A DNA stretch of 64,000 bases from Eledone cirrhosa. Its lineage: Eukaryota. How positions within the stretch are numbered: the stretch's first letter is position 1; each line of letters begins with the position of its first letter. The stretch covers positions 35,464,001-35,528,000 of the forward strand of contig OZ024745.1 in assembly GCA_964016885.1 (NCBI GenBank), in the 5' to 3' direction. The notes beneath the pieces were generated by a model, which saw only the letters and a program-made list of their open reading frames with translations, did no database searches and was not told the DNA's origin. The position numbers and the translations under genes are program-made. Of this stretch, positions 1 through 15,069 are shown one piece after another.

Positions 1-660
<660 letters not shown>

Positions 661-724
661 TGCTTTTAAATTAATCAATAAACATTTGGATAAACTACGG
701 TGTGTTTTCTCTTCGAATGCTGTC

Positions 725-850
725 CAGCAGCAGCAGCAACAACAACAGCAACAACAACAACAGCAACAACAACAACAGCTACAACAACAACAACAGCTAC
801 AACAACAACATCAACAACAGCAACAACAACAACAACAACGACAACAACAG
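725..850 (+). repeat. (CAA/CAG)n tract, in frame with ORF1 as poly-Gln
   Basis: cagcagcagcaacaacaa... reads about 40 Q in the ORF1 frame. Confidence 0.9.
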
Positions 851-877
851 TGTGAACCACTCCTTGATTCATCAACA

Positions 878-1642
878 ATGGCCGATCTACTAAATGAAAC
901 TATTGACCCCCCAGTAGCCTCTGTCTCACAGCATGAAACGCCACATCCTTTCTCTGGCCCAGCAGTCCAATCATCACCACTGCCAACATCTCTGCCTACT
1001 ACTACTACTACTACTACAACATTTTTGTCTACTGCTATGTCAAGGAATTTACCTTCTAATACCAGAACAAGAACTCTCCCTCCCACAGTCCACAAAGGTC
1101 GTCAAATCCTACCCAAACAATCATCCACACCTCTCACAACACCCACACCCACATACCCACCCACTCGAAACCGCATCATTTGCCGCTACTCTCTACGCTA
1201 TAGAATATGTACGGATAGTGGCTGCAAATTCACCCATTTACCTAGGACAAAACGATCTATCCCCACAAACAGCCACCACCATAATACATACTCTAATTTA
1301 ACACCAACACAACCACCAATAACTCAAACAAGGAATCCACAAATCTGCCGTTTTTCCCTGCGAGACAGATTGTGTTTAGACCGGGATTGTCCCTTTACCC
1401 ATCTCCCGGGGACCCGTCGGATAAATGAAAATAAAATTAAAAATAAAAGCAAAAACAAAAACCATAACCTACATAAAAATAACCACTACCACAGTCACCA
1501 ACAGTCTTCTAAACAGGAAACTTCTTCCTCTTTTTTAGCCATAATGAATCTGGCAAAAGAACTGGAAAAAAACATTCGAGCTATCACCCAGCACCACCCT
1601 CCACTATCACCCCACTGCACAAACTCCCATTGCTGCCATTAA
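878..1642 (+). CDS. LINE ORF1 (Pro/Thr/Ser-rich, two C-x8-C-x4-C-x3-H zinc fingers); frame also open upstream through the poly-Q
   Basis: [19 protein letters not shown] (1181-1237) and [19 protein letters not shown] (1346-1402). ATG at 878; the true start is uncertain. Confidence 0.8.
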   Translation: MADLLNETIDPPVASVSQHETPHPFSGPAVQSSPLPTSLPTTTTTTTTFLSTAMSRNLPSNTRTRTLPPTVHKGRQILPKQSSTPLTTPTPTYPPTRNRIICRYSLRYRICTDSGCKFTHLPRTKRSIPTNSHHHNTYSNLTPTQPPITQTRNPQICRFSLRDRLCLDRDCPFTHLPGTRRINENKIKNKSKNKNHNLHKNNHYHSHQQSSKQETSSSFLAIMNLAKELEKNIRAITQHHPPLSPHCTNSHCCH

Positions 1643-4600
1643 CAAACAAACAAATTAACAACACACCAAAACAATTAAAACCATCCACTCTCGCCTCTAC
1701 ATTTTTGCTTAACGCCCAAGGCATCAGCCCTTCCACCAATACTCAAAAATGGAAGATCAAATTCCTGGAGGACTGGATTGATGTCCATCCAAACCACATC
1801 CCTTTCTTCGTCCTCACTGAAACCCATCTCAGTAACCTCCACTTGGAAGCCGAGGTGAAAGTGAAAAATTTCAAAGCCATCCGTGCTGATCGCGCTGGCA
1901 GAAGAAAGGGCGGAACTGCCATTTATGTCCATAATTCTTTCTCAACAGAGGCTATGAACATATTCACTAATGGATACTGTGAGGCAGTCACTGTATTCAG
2001 TCAAACCAACAACCTATTAGTAGTTGGGCTCTATAGGCCACCCCAAACGCCTGTACCATGCTTCAAGGAATGCCTCAACAGCATAAAGTGTTTCATCCAA
2101 GAGTGTCACCCTGACAACATCTTAATGATGGGGGACTTCAACCTCCCCGGAGTTGACTGGTTCACAAACACCCTGCCACCAGGTTCTTCTGCCTCAACCT
2201 CTGACAGGGAAGCTGTGGAATCACTTCTTGACTTCATGGATGATTTCTTCCTATCCCAACTAGTGCTCGAACCAACGAGGTGCCACAAAAACGTCCTAGA
2301 CTTAATTTTCAGCAATCACACTGACAATATCCACAATATTGCAGTGGAGAAAACTCTACTCTCTGATCATGACATGGTTCTCTGTGATCTGAGATTCCAC
2401 CGTCCAATATACAAACCCAATGTCATCTCTCCTGTCCATCCGTTTGACGCTATGGATTTCCACAATGCAAACTGGGAAGCGATCAGTCATGATCTTGCAC
2501 ATGTCGACTGGTCCTTCACGCACACTCATACACCCACTAACATCAAAAAGTCCTGGCAGACATTTGTGGACACTGTTACAAACATATGTGCTAAACACAC
2601 CCCATTAAGAACTATAAACAAATCTAAGAGCAGAATCCCTAGAAATAGAAAAACGCTCATCAGAAAAATTAAGAGAACGAACAAAAAATCAACAAGCTGA
2701 AATACTGTCAGCAGCAACACATCAACTTGACTGCCATTTCATCACTAGAGATTAAAAAACATAACCTCCAAAACAACATAATGTCCCTCATCAACAATCA
2801 GAGAAGAGCTGAAGAGGCCTGGGCCATTGAGAAGATCAAACTCAATCCCAAAGTGTTCTTTTCATTTGCAAAAAAACACAAAATCACTGGCTCTACTGTT
2901 GGCCCTCTAATTGATGAAAATGGCACTCTTCAAGACAATGCTAAAACCATGGGTGAGATACTGCAGAAACAATACTGCTCTGTTTTCAGCAATCCTGATA
3001 TGGCCGATCTGGGCTGTATCGGCGATGTTACTCCCCATTACACCTTATCGGACATAACGTTTGGCGCCCCTGATGTCTTGGCGGCAATAAAGGAAATCAA
3101 GCATAATTCAGCAGTAGGTCCCGATAGGTTCCCTGCTTGTGTCCTGAAGGCGTGTCAACACCAACTTGCTTCTCCTCTTGCCAATCTGTGGCGGAACTCA
3201 CTGGATGCTGGATATGTGCCAGAAAACCTTCTATCCCAGTCTGTTGTCCCAGTTTTCAAAAAGGGAAACAAATCCCATGCCGTGAATTACCGTCCAATCT
3301 CACTCACCTCTCATATCATTAAGGTATTTGAGCGAGTGGTGAGATCGCGAATGACCCACTTCCTTGAGAGTAACAATATGCTGAACTCCAACCAGCATGG
3401 ATTCCGTAATGGAAGGGATTGCCTGACGCAACTACTGCATCACTTTGATGATATTTTGAGAGCCTTGGGAGAGGGTTCCAACACTGATGTTATCTACCTT
3501 GATTTCAGCAAGGCCTTTGACAGGGTTGATCATAACATTCTACTGAGAAAGCTGTCCAATATTGGTGTCACTGGAAAGCTGCTGCAGTGGATCAAGAGCT
3601 TCCTGTCAAACAGAACCCAACATGTTGTAGTTGAGGGAGTCAAATCAAGCCCAGCCAAAGTCAGTAGTGGAGTCCCACAAGGCACTGTGTTGGGCCCACT
3701 TCTCTTCATCATCTATATTAATGACATCACTGACATCATCAAACACAGCAACATTAAAATTTTCGCTGATGATTCCAAGCTCCAAAAGGTCATCAATGGC
3801 GTGGATGACCGGATAAGCCTTCAGTCAGACCTACTGGCTGTTACCCAATGGGCAGAAAAGAACAACATGTTACTGAACGAGGACAAATTCGAACTGATCC
3901 ACTTTGGAAAAGAGGATGCTCTGAAACTCCCGTACTCCCTTCCCTCCGGGGAAACTCTCGTGGCATCTAACAACATCAGAGACTTGGGAGTAACCGTGGA
4001 CAGCAACATAAGCTGGACCACGCATATAAGCAGCAAAGTTGACATGGCCCGCAGAATGTGTTCCTGGATCCTCAGAACCTTCCAGTCGAGAGATTCCCGC
4101 ACCATTATCCTTCTCTTCTCTACTTTCGCCCGACCACACCTTGAATACTGTTGTCCACTGTGGTCTCCCCACACGAAACAAAGTATCATGAAACTTGAAG
4201 CTCCTCAAAGGGCAATCACGAAAAAGATAGATGGCATGTCAGACCTTGACTACTGGGGTCGATTGGAAAACCTGAAACTTTACTCACTCCAACGTCGCCG
4301 TGAGCGTTATATTATCTGCATGATGTGGAAAATGTTCCATCATCACTGCCCAAATGATGTTGGCATCGCCTTCAAGATACACCCAAGGCTTGGGCCCCGT
4401 GCTATCCGTCCCATTCAAAAATCTAAATCGCAACTCATAACAACAATACGGCACAATTATTTCACCTCAATCGGCCCTGCTCTCTTCAACATCACACCAG
4501 GACACGTCAAAACAGAACTGACCACACAAAATTCAAGAAGTCTTTGGACAAATTCCTCCAAGTAATCCCGGACAAACCACCCACACCCGGATATGTCTCC

Positions 4601-4648
4601 GCAAACAGTAATTCTCTTCTCGAATGGGCCATGGTGCCCAAATCCTGA
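1513..4648 (+). pseudogene. LINE ORF2: APE endonuclease + reverse transcriptase, interrupted by two single-A deletions (~2686, ~4517)
   Basis: EN motifs LTETHL, GGTAIYV, YRPP, GDFNLP, LDLIF, SDH. RT motifs NYRPISLTS, QHGFR, YLDFSKAFD, GVPQGTVLGP, FADD, YSLQRRRERY. Restoring one A at each site gives a continuous ORF ending FKKSLDKFLQVIPDKP...NSLLEWAMVPKS*. Confidence 0.92.
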
Positions 4649-4732
4649 ATTGAAAGACTTCGCCAGGTGGTGCTATTAAGTTAGACATGGCCTGGGCCAA
4701 TACTGGCCAAAACATTTCAAAGTTATTCAAAG

Positions 4733-6699
<1,967 letters not shown>

Positions 6700-6702
<3 letters not shown>

Positions 6703-7169
6703 ATTAAGTTAAAAATGTACATCCACATATGTATACTGAAATACTAGTATGCATATGAATACACACACGTATACATATGTAGATGTACCAAGTTTTTCAC
6801 TGGTCACTTTACCGTGAGTGTCCAGCTATTCTGTATGTAAACACACAGACAAACCGGTTTTTAGAGTCATACTGGTTTTTGAGTAAACACCTTTCCTCTA
6901 TTCTCCAGAAAGCCAGACAAGGAATATTGAACTAGTTTCGTTGTTGTTACAACTCATCAGCAATATTTACCTATCTACCGGCCTTTCTGGAGAATCGTAA
7001 AAGCACATATCGTTATATGCTTTTTCTATGAAAATTAGTAGTGGGCAGACCAATTTGCATAGAGCGTGAGTACGTACCGGTTCAACGGAGACGATAAAAA
7101 CAAATAACGAAACGAAATTAAATTTCGTTTCGTTTGTAACTCTCTTTTGTATGACTGACGCTAAAAATT
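6700..7169 (-). mobile_element. ~470-bp non-coding hammerhead-bearing element (retrozyme/Penelope-associated), copy 1, runs into the gap
   Basis: Closely similar to 26945-27629; contains a type-I hammerhead and several hairpins; no real ORF. Confidence 0.85.
6923..6967 (-). ncRNA. Minimal type-I hammerhead ribozyme
   Basis: Minus strand AATATTG-CTGATGA-GTTGT AACA ACAAC-GAA-ACTAGT-T-CAATATT: 7-bp stem I, 5-bp stem II, palindromic stem III, GUU site. Confidence 0.9.
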
Positions 7170-7369
7170 NNNNNNNNNNNNNNNNNNNNNNNNNNNNNNN
7201 NNNNNNNNNNNNNNNNNNNNNNNNNNNNNNNNNNNNNNNNNNNNNNNNNNNNNNNNNNNNNNNNNNNNNNNNNNNNNNNNNNNNNNNNNNNNNNNNNNNN
7301 NNNNNNNNNNNNNNNNNNNNNNNNNNNNNNNNNNNNNNNNNNNNNNNNNNNNNNNNNNNNNNNNNNNNN
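7170..7369. other. Assembly gap (200 N)
   Basis: Run of N. Confidence 1.
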
Positions 7370-7697
7370 CAAAGGTCCCGTCTTCCACATCTAGAATAAG
7401 GAGCAGGTATTGCAATAGCCTGGGATTCAAGGGCCGTCAACTCTTCAACAGGCTGCCGAGGCATCTGAGAGACTTGCATGACGTGGAGGTGGATGTCTTT
7501 AAGAAACATCTCGACACCTTGTTATCCAGGATCCCGGATGAGCCCACAGCAAGACACGAGGGAAACCTAAGGGCAGCAGCAACAAACTCCCTCCTACACC
7601 AGTGGCCAACCTATACAGGCTGGAGATAAAATGTGTAGCAACAAGGGCGGTGCCCCAGCATGGCCTCAGCCGGATGGCTGAAACAGGTAAAAGAGAA
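7370..7697 (+). mobile_element. 3' end of a second LINE of the same clade (ORF2 C-terminus 7372-7629 plus 3' UTR)
   Basis: Frame 7372-7629 reads ...RYCNSLGFKGRQLFNRLP...[16 protein letters not shown]...NSLLHQ..., homologous to the C-terminus of the 661-4733 ORF2. It ends in a 3' stem-loop, then TA. Confidence 0.85.
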
Positions 7698-8081
7698 TAT
7701 ATTTATATATACATATATTTATATATACATATATTTATATATACATATATTTATATATATATATATATATACATATATTTATATATATATATATATATAC
7801 ATATATTTATATATATATATATATATATACATATATTTATATATATATATATATATACATATATTTATATATATATATATATATACATATATTTATATAT
7901 ATATATATATATACATATATTTATATATATATACATATATTTATATATATATATATATACATATATTTATATATATATATACATATATTTATATATATAT
8001 ATACATATATTTATGTATATATATATATACATATATTTAAATATATATATACATATATTTATATATATATATATATACGTA

Positions 8082-8131
<50 letters not shown>

Positions 8132-8277
8132 TATATATATATATATATACATATATTTATATATATATATATATATACATATATTTATATATATATATAT
8201 ATATATACATATATTTATATATATATATATATATTTATACATATATTTATATATATATATATATATATACATATATT

Positions 8278-8337
<60 letters not shown>

Positions 8338-8353
8338 TATATATATATATATT

Positions 8354-8384
<31 letters not shown>

Positions 8385-8415
8385 ATTTATATATATATAT
8401 ATATACATATATATT

Positions 8416-8491
<76 letters not shown>

Positions 8492-8528
8492 CATATATTT
8501 ATATATATATATTTATATATATATATAT

Positions 8529-8579
<51 letters not shown>

Positions 8580-8599
8580 CATATATTTATATATATATA

Positions 8600-8673
<74 letters not shown>

Positions 8674-8753
8674 CATATATTTATATATATATATATTTAT
8701 ATATATATATACATATATATGTATATATACATATATTTATATATACATATATT

Positions 8754-8784
<31 letters not shown>

Positions 8785-8855
8785 ATACGTATACATATAT
8801 TTATATATACATATATTTATATATATATATATATACATATATTTATATATACATA

Positions 8856-8890
<35 letters not shown>

Positions 8891-8915
8891 GTATACATAT
8901 ATTTATATATACATA

Positions 8916-8975
<60 letters not shown>

Positions 8976-9183
8976 CATATACTTATATATATACATATAT
9001 ATATATATACATATATTTATATATATATACATATACATATATTTATATATATATATATACATATATTTATATATATATATATATATTTATACATATATTT
9101 ATATATATATATATATATACATATATTTATATATATATATATATATACATATATTTATATATATATATATATATACATATATT

Positions 9184-9215
<32 letters not shown>

Positions 9216-9235
9216 TATATATATATACATATATT

Positions 9236-9330
<95 letters not shown>

Positions 9331-9361
9331 ATTTATATATATATATTTATATATATATATT

Positions 9362-9392
<31 letters not shown>

Positions 9393-9421
9393 ATTTATAT
9401 ATATATATATATACATATATA

Positions 9422-9470
<49 letters not shown>

Positions 9471-9499
9471 ATTTATATATATATATATATACATATATA

Positions 9500-9541
<42 letters not shown>

Positions 9542-9558
9542 TACATATATATATATAT

Positions 9559-9609
<51 letters not shown>

Positions 9610-9637
9610 CATATATTTATATATATATATTTATATA

Positions 9638-9699
<62 letters not shown>

Positions 9700-9829
9700 C
9701 ATATATTTATATATATATATATTTATATATATATATACATATATATGTATATATACATATATTTATATATACATATATTTATATATATATATATTTATAT
9801 ATATATATACATATATTTATATATACATA

Positions 9830-9868
<39 letters not shown>

Positions 9869-9935
9869 GTATACATATATTTATATATACATATATTTAT
9901 ATATATATATATATACATATATTTATATATACATA

Positions 9936-9972
<37 letters not shown>

Positions 9973-9997
9973 GTATACATATATTTATATATACATA

Positions 9998-10049
<52 letters not shown>

Positions 10050-10554
10050 CATATACTTATATATATACATATATATATATATACATATATTTATATATAT
10101 ATACATATACATATATTTATATATATATATATACATATATTTATATATATATATATATATATATACATATATACACATATATATATATATATACATATAT
10201 ACACATATATATATATATATACTTATATACACATATATATATATATATACATATATACACATATATATATATATATACACATATATATATATATATACAT
10301 ATATACACATATATATATATATATACATATATACACACATATACATATATATATACACACACATATACATATATATATACACATATACATATATATATAC
10401 ATATATATATATATATACATACACATATACATATATATATACATATATATATATATATACATATATTTATATATATATATATACATATATATATACATAT
10501 ATTTATATATATATATATACATATACATATATTTATATATATATATACATATAC

Positions 10555-10597
<43 letters not shown>

Positions 10598-10749
10598 TAT
10601 ATACACATATATACATACATTTATTTATATATATGTATATACATATATTTATATATATATATATACATACATATATTAATATATATATACATATATATTT
10701 ATATATATATATACACATATATATACATATATATATATACATATATATT

Positions 10750-10780
<31 letters not shown>

Positions 10781-10919
10781 ATATAAACATATATATTTAT
10801 ATTTATATATATATTTATATATATACATATATACATATATACATATATATATACATATATATTTATATATATACATATATACATATATATTTATATATAT
10901 AAATATATACATATATATT

Positions 10920-10953
<34 letters not shown>

Positions 10954-11009
10954 TATTTATATATATAAATATATACATATATATTTATATATATAAATAT
11001 ATACATATA

Positions 11010-11055
<46 letters not shown>

Positions 11056-11059
11056 TATT

Positions 11060-11135
<76 letters not shown>

Positions 11136-11136
11136 C

Positions 11137-11189
<53 letters not shown>

Positions 11190-11407
11190 TATTTATATAT
11201 ATATATATATATATATACATATATATTTATATATATATATATATATATACATATATATTTATATATATATATATACATATATATTTATATATATATATAT
11301 ACATATATATTTATATATATATATACATATATATTTATATATATATATACATATATATTTATATATATATATACATATATATTTATATATATATATACAT
11401 ATATATT

Positions 11408-11446
<39 letters not shown>

Positions 11447-11490
11447 ATATATACATATATATTTATATATATATATATATATTTATATAA
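7698..11490. repeat. Variant (TA)n array, ~3.8 kb (CATATATTT variants)
   Basis: Direct reading. Confidence 0.97.
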
Positions 11491-11714
11491 AATAAAGTTA
11501 AATAAAAGTTAAATGATTAAAATTTAGCTTCGTTTGTTACTGCTATATATATTTCAGTGATAGCCATCTTTGGCTGTGACCTCTTCAGGCAGTTTGAATT
11601 AGTATGGTATAGACAAGTACATATGTTGTTTAGGTGTATAATATTGTCAATACTCTGATATGCCCAGTTCCTTGTTTGGTTGTCAATTAACTGAGGAACT
11701 GGAGTCATATCTTC

Positions 11715-12846
11715 ATTATTAAAAGATTGTCAACATATTTTAGTTTGATGTAAGGAATGTAGAGAATAATAAAAATAATAATATTAATAATAATAATGTC
11801 CGTTTACAATTGCTTCGCTACTTCATATAATATTTCTGGATCAGATGACTATATATCATAAGTGTTCTGGTTCAGTTGAAAATAATTAACATATTTAAAA
11901 GACAGAGCCGTTCATCGGAACTTCAAAGGAATATAAATTATGTGATCCCTGTATAACAGAAGCATATTACATAACTCTATCACGACCTCTACCGATTAAC
12001 GATAGAACAGAGGTAACTATTAGCTGTCAACATCGAAGGGCTAATTCCTTCGCCAATAGAATATTTGACCCAACTTAGTCATCTAGCCCCGTTTTTACTT
12101 GTAGCTAATAAGTTAAATAGCTATGAACAACTTAGATAATTATAAGTTACCTTCCCTACATTGTCTCGCAATTAAAAAATCTAAAAATTAGCACTTAACT
12201 ATAAATACCCACAATTTCTAATCCCTCGAGGAGTTACTTCCCCTGAAACCACCCTCTAATTAGTAAGGTAAATATGTCCTTTGGCAGCCATCTTGTTACC
12301 CATAGGCAGATTTCACACAATGCAGCCTCGACAGAGGAATACTGCTTGATTACGGCTGTCAACTGATGCAACCAAGACACCATAGCGAAAAACCAATATA
12401 TGGAACATTATATTGGCAGTATCGGTAGAGGGTCAGACACCATGCTTTCCAGCATAGTTACGTCCCTTTACGATCTGAGTTCAAATCCCGCCGAGGTTGA
12501 CTTTGCCTTTCATCCTTACGGGGTCGATAAAACAAAGTACCAGTAATGCACTGGGTAATTGCTGGCCTTGTGCCTAAAATAGAAACAATTATATTATGTA
12601 ACATTCTCTCATTATTTTAATTTATATTCCTTTGAAGTTCCGATGAGGCGCTCTGTCTTTTAAATATGTTAATTATTTTCAATTGAACCAGATCAATTAT
12701 GATATATAGTCATCTGATCCAGAAATATTATATGGAGTAGCGAAACAATTTTAAACGGACATTATTATTATTAATATTATTATTATTATTATTATTCTCT
12801 ACATTCCTTACATCAAACTAAAATATGTTGACAATCTTTTAATAAT
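11715..12846. repeat. Inverted repeat pair (11715-11940 / 12618-12846), each arm with a degenerate hammerhead-like motif
   Basis: Arms are reverse complements with scattered mismatches; consensus GTT-CCGATGA...GC-GAA-ACAATTGT-A-AAC. Confidence 0.8.
12414..12592 (+). mobile_element. tRNA-derived SINE (octopus-type family)
   Basis: A-box-like tggcagtatcgg, B-box gagttcaaatccc, core catccttacggggtcgataaaa, tail ggccttgtgcctaaaatagaaac; at least 5 close copies in the window. Confidence 0.85.
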
Positions 12847-13069
12847 GTCTTCCTAGTGAAATTTGTGGTCTTGTTTTGCTTAACTAATGAATATTTCCAG
12901 CTCTGTGCACCTAACTTCTGCATGAACCAAGCCACCTAGCTGCTTTCTACTGCATATTGCACATTGAGCACATGCCTTTACGCTTTGGCTTCTAACTAAT
13001 TCACCAATCTCTCCTCTCATATCTCCTCTCCTATCTCCATCTCTCTCTTTAAGATTGGTTACTCTTGAA

Positions 13070-13127
<58 letters not shown>

Positions 13128-13507
13128 AGGAAGTTACAGTTCACTTGAAGCATTGTGTAATGAGGTATAAACGTTTGTATTTGTAAAGCCAAAACAATGC
13201 AGGTATGGACATAGAATATAAATGCAAATGCAAAAGATATTGTTGACAATTAGTCTTTTACCTTAAATTTATTTAAATGTCCTTAATTTTCGAGATAATA
13301 TCTCTTCTTCGGAGGGAAGTAAAGCGGTTAACCAGTGTTCTAAATAGCTTGTCAAGTCATGCTGTCAGGAAATGGTATTGAGTATCTGTTCTATCTCTAA
13401 TGTCAACTCTTTGACATTTGCATTTATATTCTATGTCCATACCTGCATTGTTTTGGCTTTACAAATACAAACGTTTATATATATATATGTATGTATGTAT
13501 ATACGCA

Positions 13508-13604
<97 letters not shown>

Positions 13605-13699
13605 GTATGCGTGTATGTATGTATGTATATATATTTGCGTGTGTAAATGTATACCTAAATGCAATGCATATATGTGTGTGCGTGTAGGTTGATGTGTGT

Positions 13700-14280
13700 A
13701 TGTATATGTAATTCGGACATCTTTGCTTAAGCTGCTTGATATGCTCCGATATTTGCTTCGGACTGTTGTAGCGCCAATTAGCAGATTGCTTCGTCAAGCG
13801 AACCGTGCCATTCGCCTCATAGACGATTCCCCCGTTCACCATCCCTTTCAGTCTTCTGGGTATTCGTCTAACAATTTAAACTTATTCGGTGTCTGTCTTC
13901 ATCACGGGTCTAATCAATCTGATTAAGCGTTGATTTTTTGGCTCCACGGACTGAACTGGCCTCCACAATTCCACTAAATTCCCTCCTCCACATTGGCACA
14001 TATTGCGTGTACACAAATATCTTCACATTATAACTTCTATCTTTTAACTTTTTACTCTATTTCTTTTGTCAGACAGCTATGTCTTAGTAATGACGTCTAA
14101 ACAAACTCGTACAGAACCGCAAAGCATCCAATACAATTGGCTTTGCATAAACAATTTTGTTATTTCTTCAATTTTGTCAACTATTTCTCTTCATCTATCT
14201 AGATCTAATGAACGACTTAGTCTGAAATGTTTTGGAATGACTTTCTCTGACTTTTACTTCTGACCATTTACTAGTTGGCT
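13700..14280 (-). pseudogene. Highly degraded Ty3/Gypsy pol remnant (RT N-terminus and integrase C-terminus-like pieces)
   Basis: Minus-strand fragments resembling PIV...GSVRVCLD and G.IVYE...NWRY; many stops. Confidence 0.35.
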
Positions 14281-14809
14281 GAAACTTTCGTATGCTGACT
14301 ATGAAGAAGTGATGCTAGAGCTGTGAAATCTGGCATACATTAATTTCAACTTTTCTTATTATTAATTGTATTGTGTCTTTCCAAGGACTATGTGGATAAA
14401 TTAGTCACATTTGGTCATGCCATGAGAGGATCTTGGTCAGCCTATGAAATTTTCAGCCAACCCCCGTAACTAGCATCATGTATTTTTACCGTATACTGTT
14501 TGTTTCCATTTTTCTGTGTCCCTGAACACCTATCTATCTATCTATCTCCCTATAGCCACATATATATGTATGTGTATATGTCTACATGTAGTATCTTTTG
14601 TTGAATCGACAGTCTGGTGAGCAGATCGATCCTGGAGTCAGATAACTTACATGGGTGACTTTGAAACGTGCGTTACAGGTCGATACACAACAAAGACATA
14701 AATATATAAACTAAACGTCATCATTTATTCCTTATTATATACACTCTGCCTGTGCATCGAGTGCTTATATTGGTACCACGACCAGTAATTCATTGAATCT
14801 CCTACACTA

Positions 14810-14854
<45 letters not shown>

Positions 14855-14856
<2 letters not shown>

Positions 14857-14943
14857 CGAAGGGGTAAGGAACCAGATGGACCATAACGCAGAAATAGCCG
14901 TTAGAAACGGCTTGAGCTCTGCCGTCGGGGTCATACCTTTCCC
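14855..14943. repeat. Short internally rearranged copy of the 34.7-kb fold-back family
   Basis: Shares ggtaaggaaccagatggaccataacgca and agccgt..aaacggcttgagctc.gccgtcggg with 34676-34936. Confidence 0.75.
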
Positions 14944-15005
14944 TATATATATATATAATATTCATTCCAAATATTAACAAAACAGATATTCTTGTGATCA
15001 ATTAC

Positions 15006-15069
15006 ATTTTTTATACATATTTCAGAGGTACTGAATTAAGTTCAACAGTACGTCCTCATCAGATAAAAT
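15006..15069 (-). ncRNA. Type-I hammerhead ribozyme (intact core, damaged stem I)
   Basis: ATTTTAT-CTGATGA-GGACGTACTG...CAGTACCTCT-GAA-ATATGTAT-A-AAAAAT. Confidence 0.7.

Larger units (their letters stand above)
661..4733 (+). mobile_element. Near-full-length APE-type non-LTR retrotransposon (CR1/RTE-related; C-terminal motifs resemble Proto2-type elements) inserted in (TA)n
   Basis: ORF1 with two CCCH fingers, ORF2 with APE endonuclease and RT, 3' UTR ending in a stem-loop and (ttcaaagtta)2 tail, TA arrays on both sides. The clade name is from recalled motifs, not a search. Confidence 0.93.

Noticed and set aside
7054-7061. Octamer ATGCAAAT (minus strand) in the hammerhead element
   Set aside because: A single 8-mer in AT-rich DNA with no accompanying promoter evidence.
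7602-10902. Very long Ile-Tyr ORFs (also 19-669, 5333-6653, 24383-26992, 27838-30046, 42246-48028)
   Set aside because: Translation of (TA)n arrays, which lack stop codons; no coding signal.
12414-12490. tRNA gene
   Set aside because: A/B boxes are present but there is no cloverleaf, and the sequence continues into the multi-copy SINE body.
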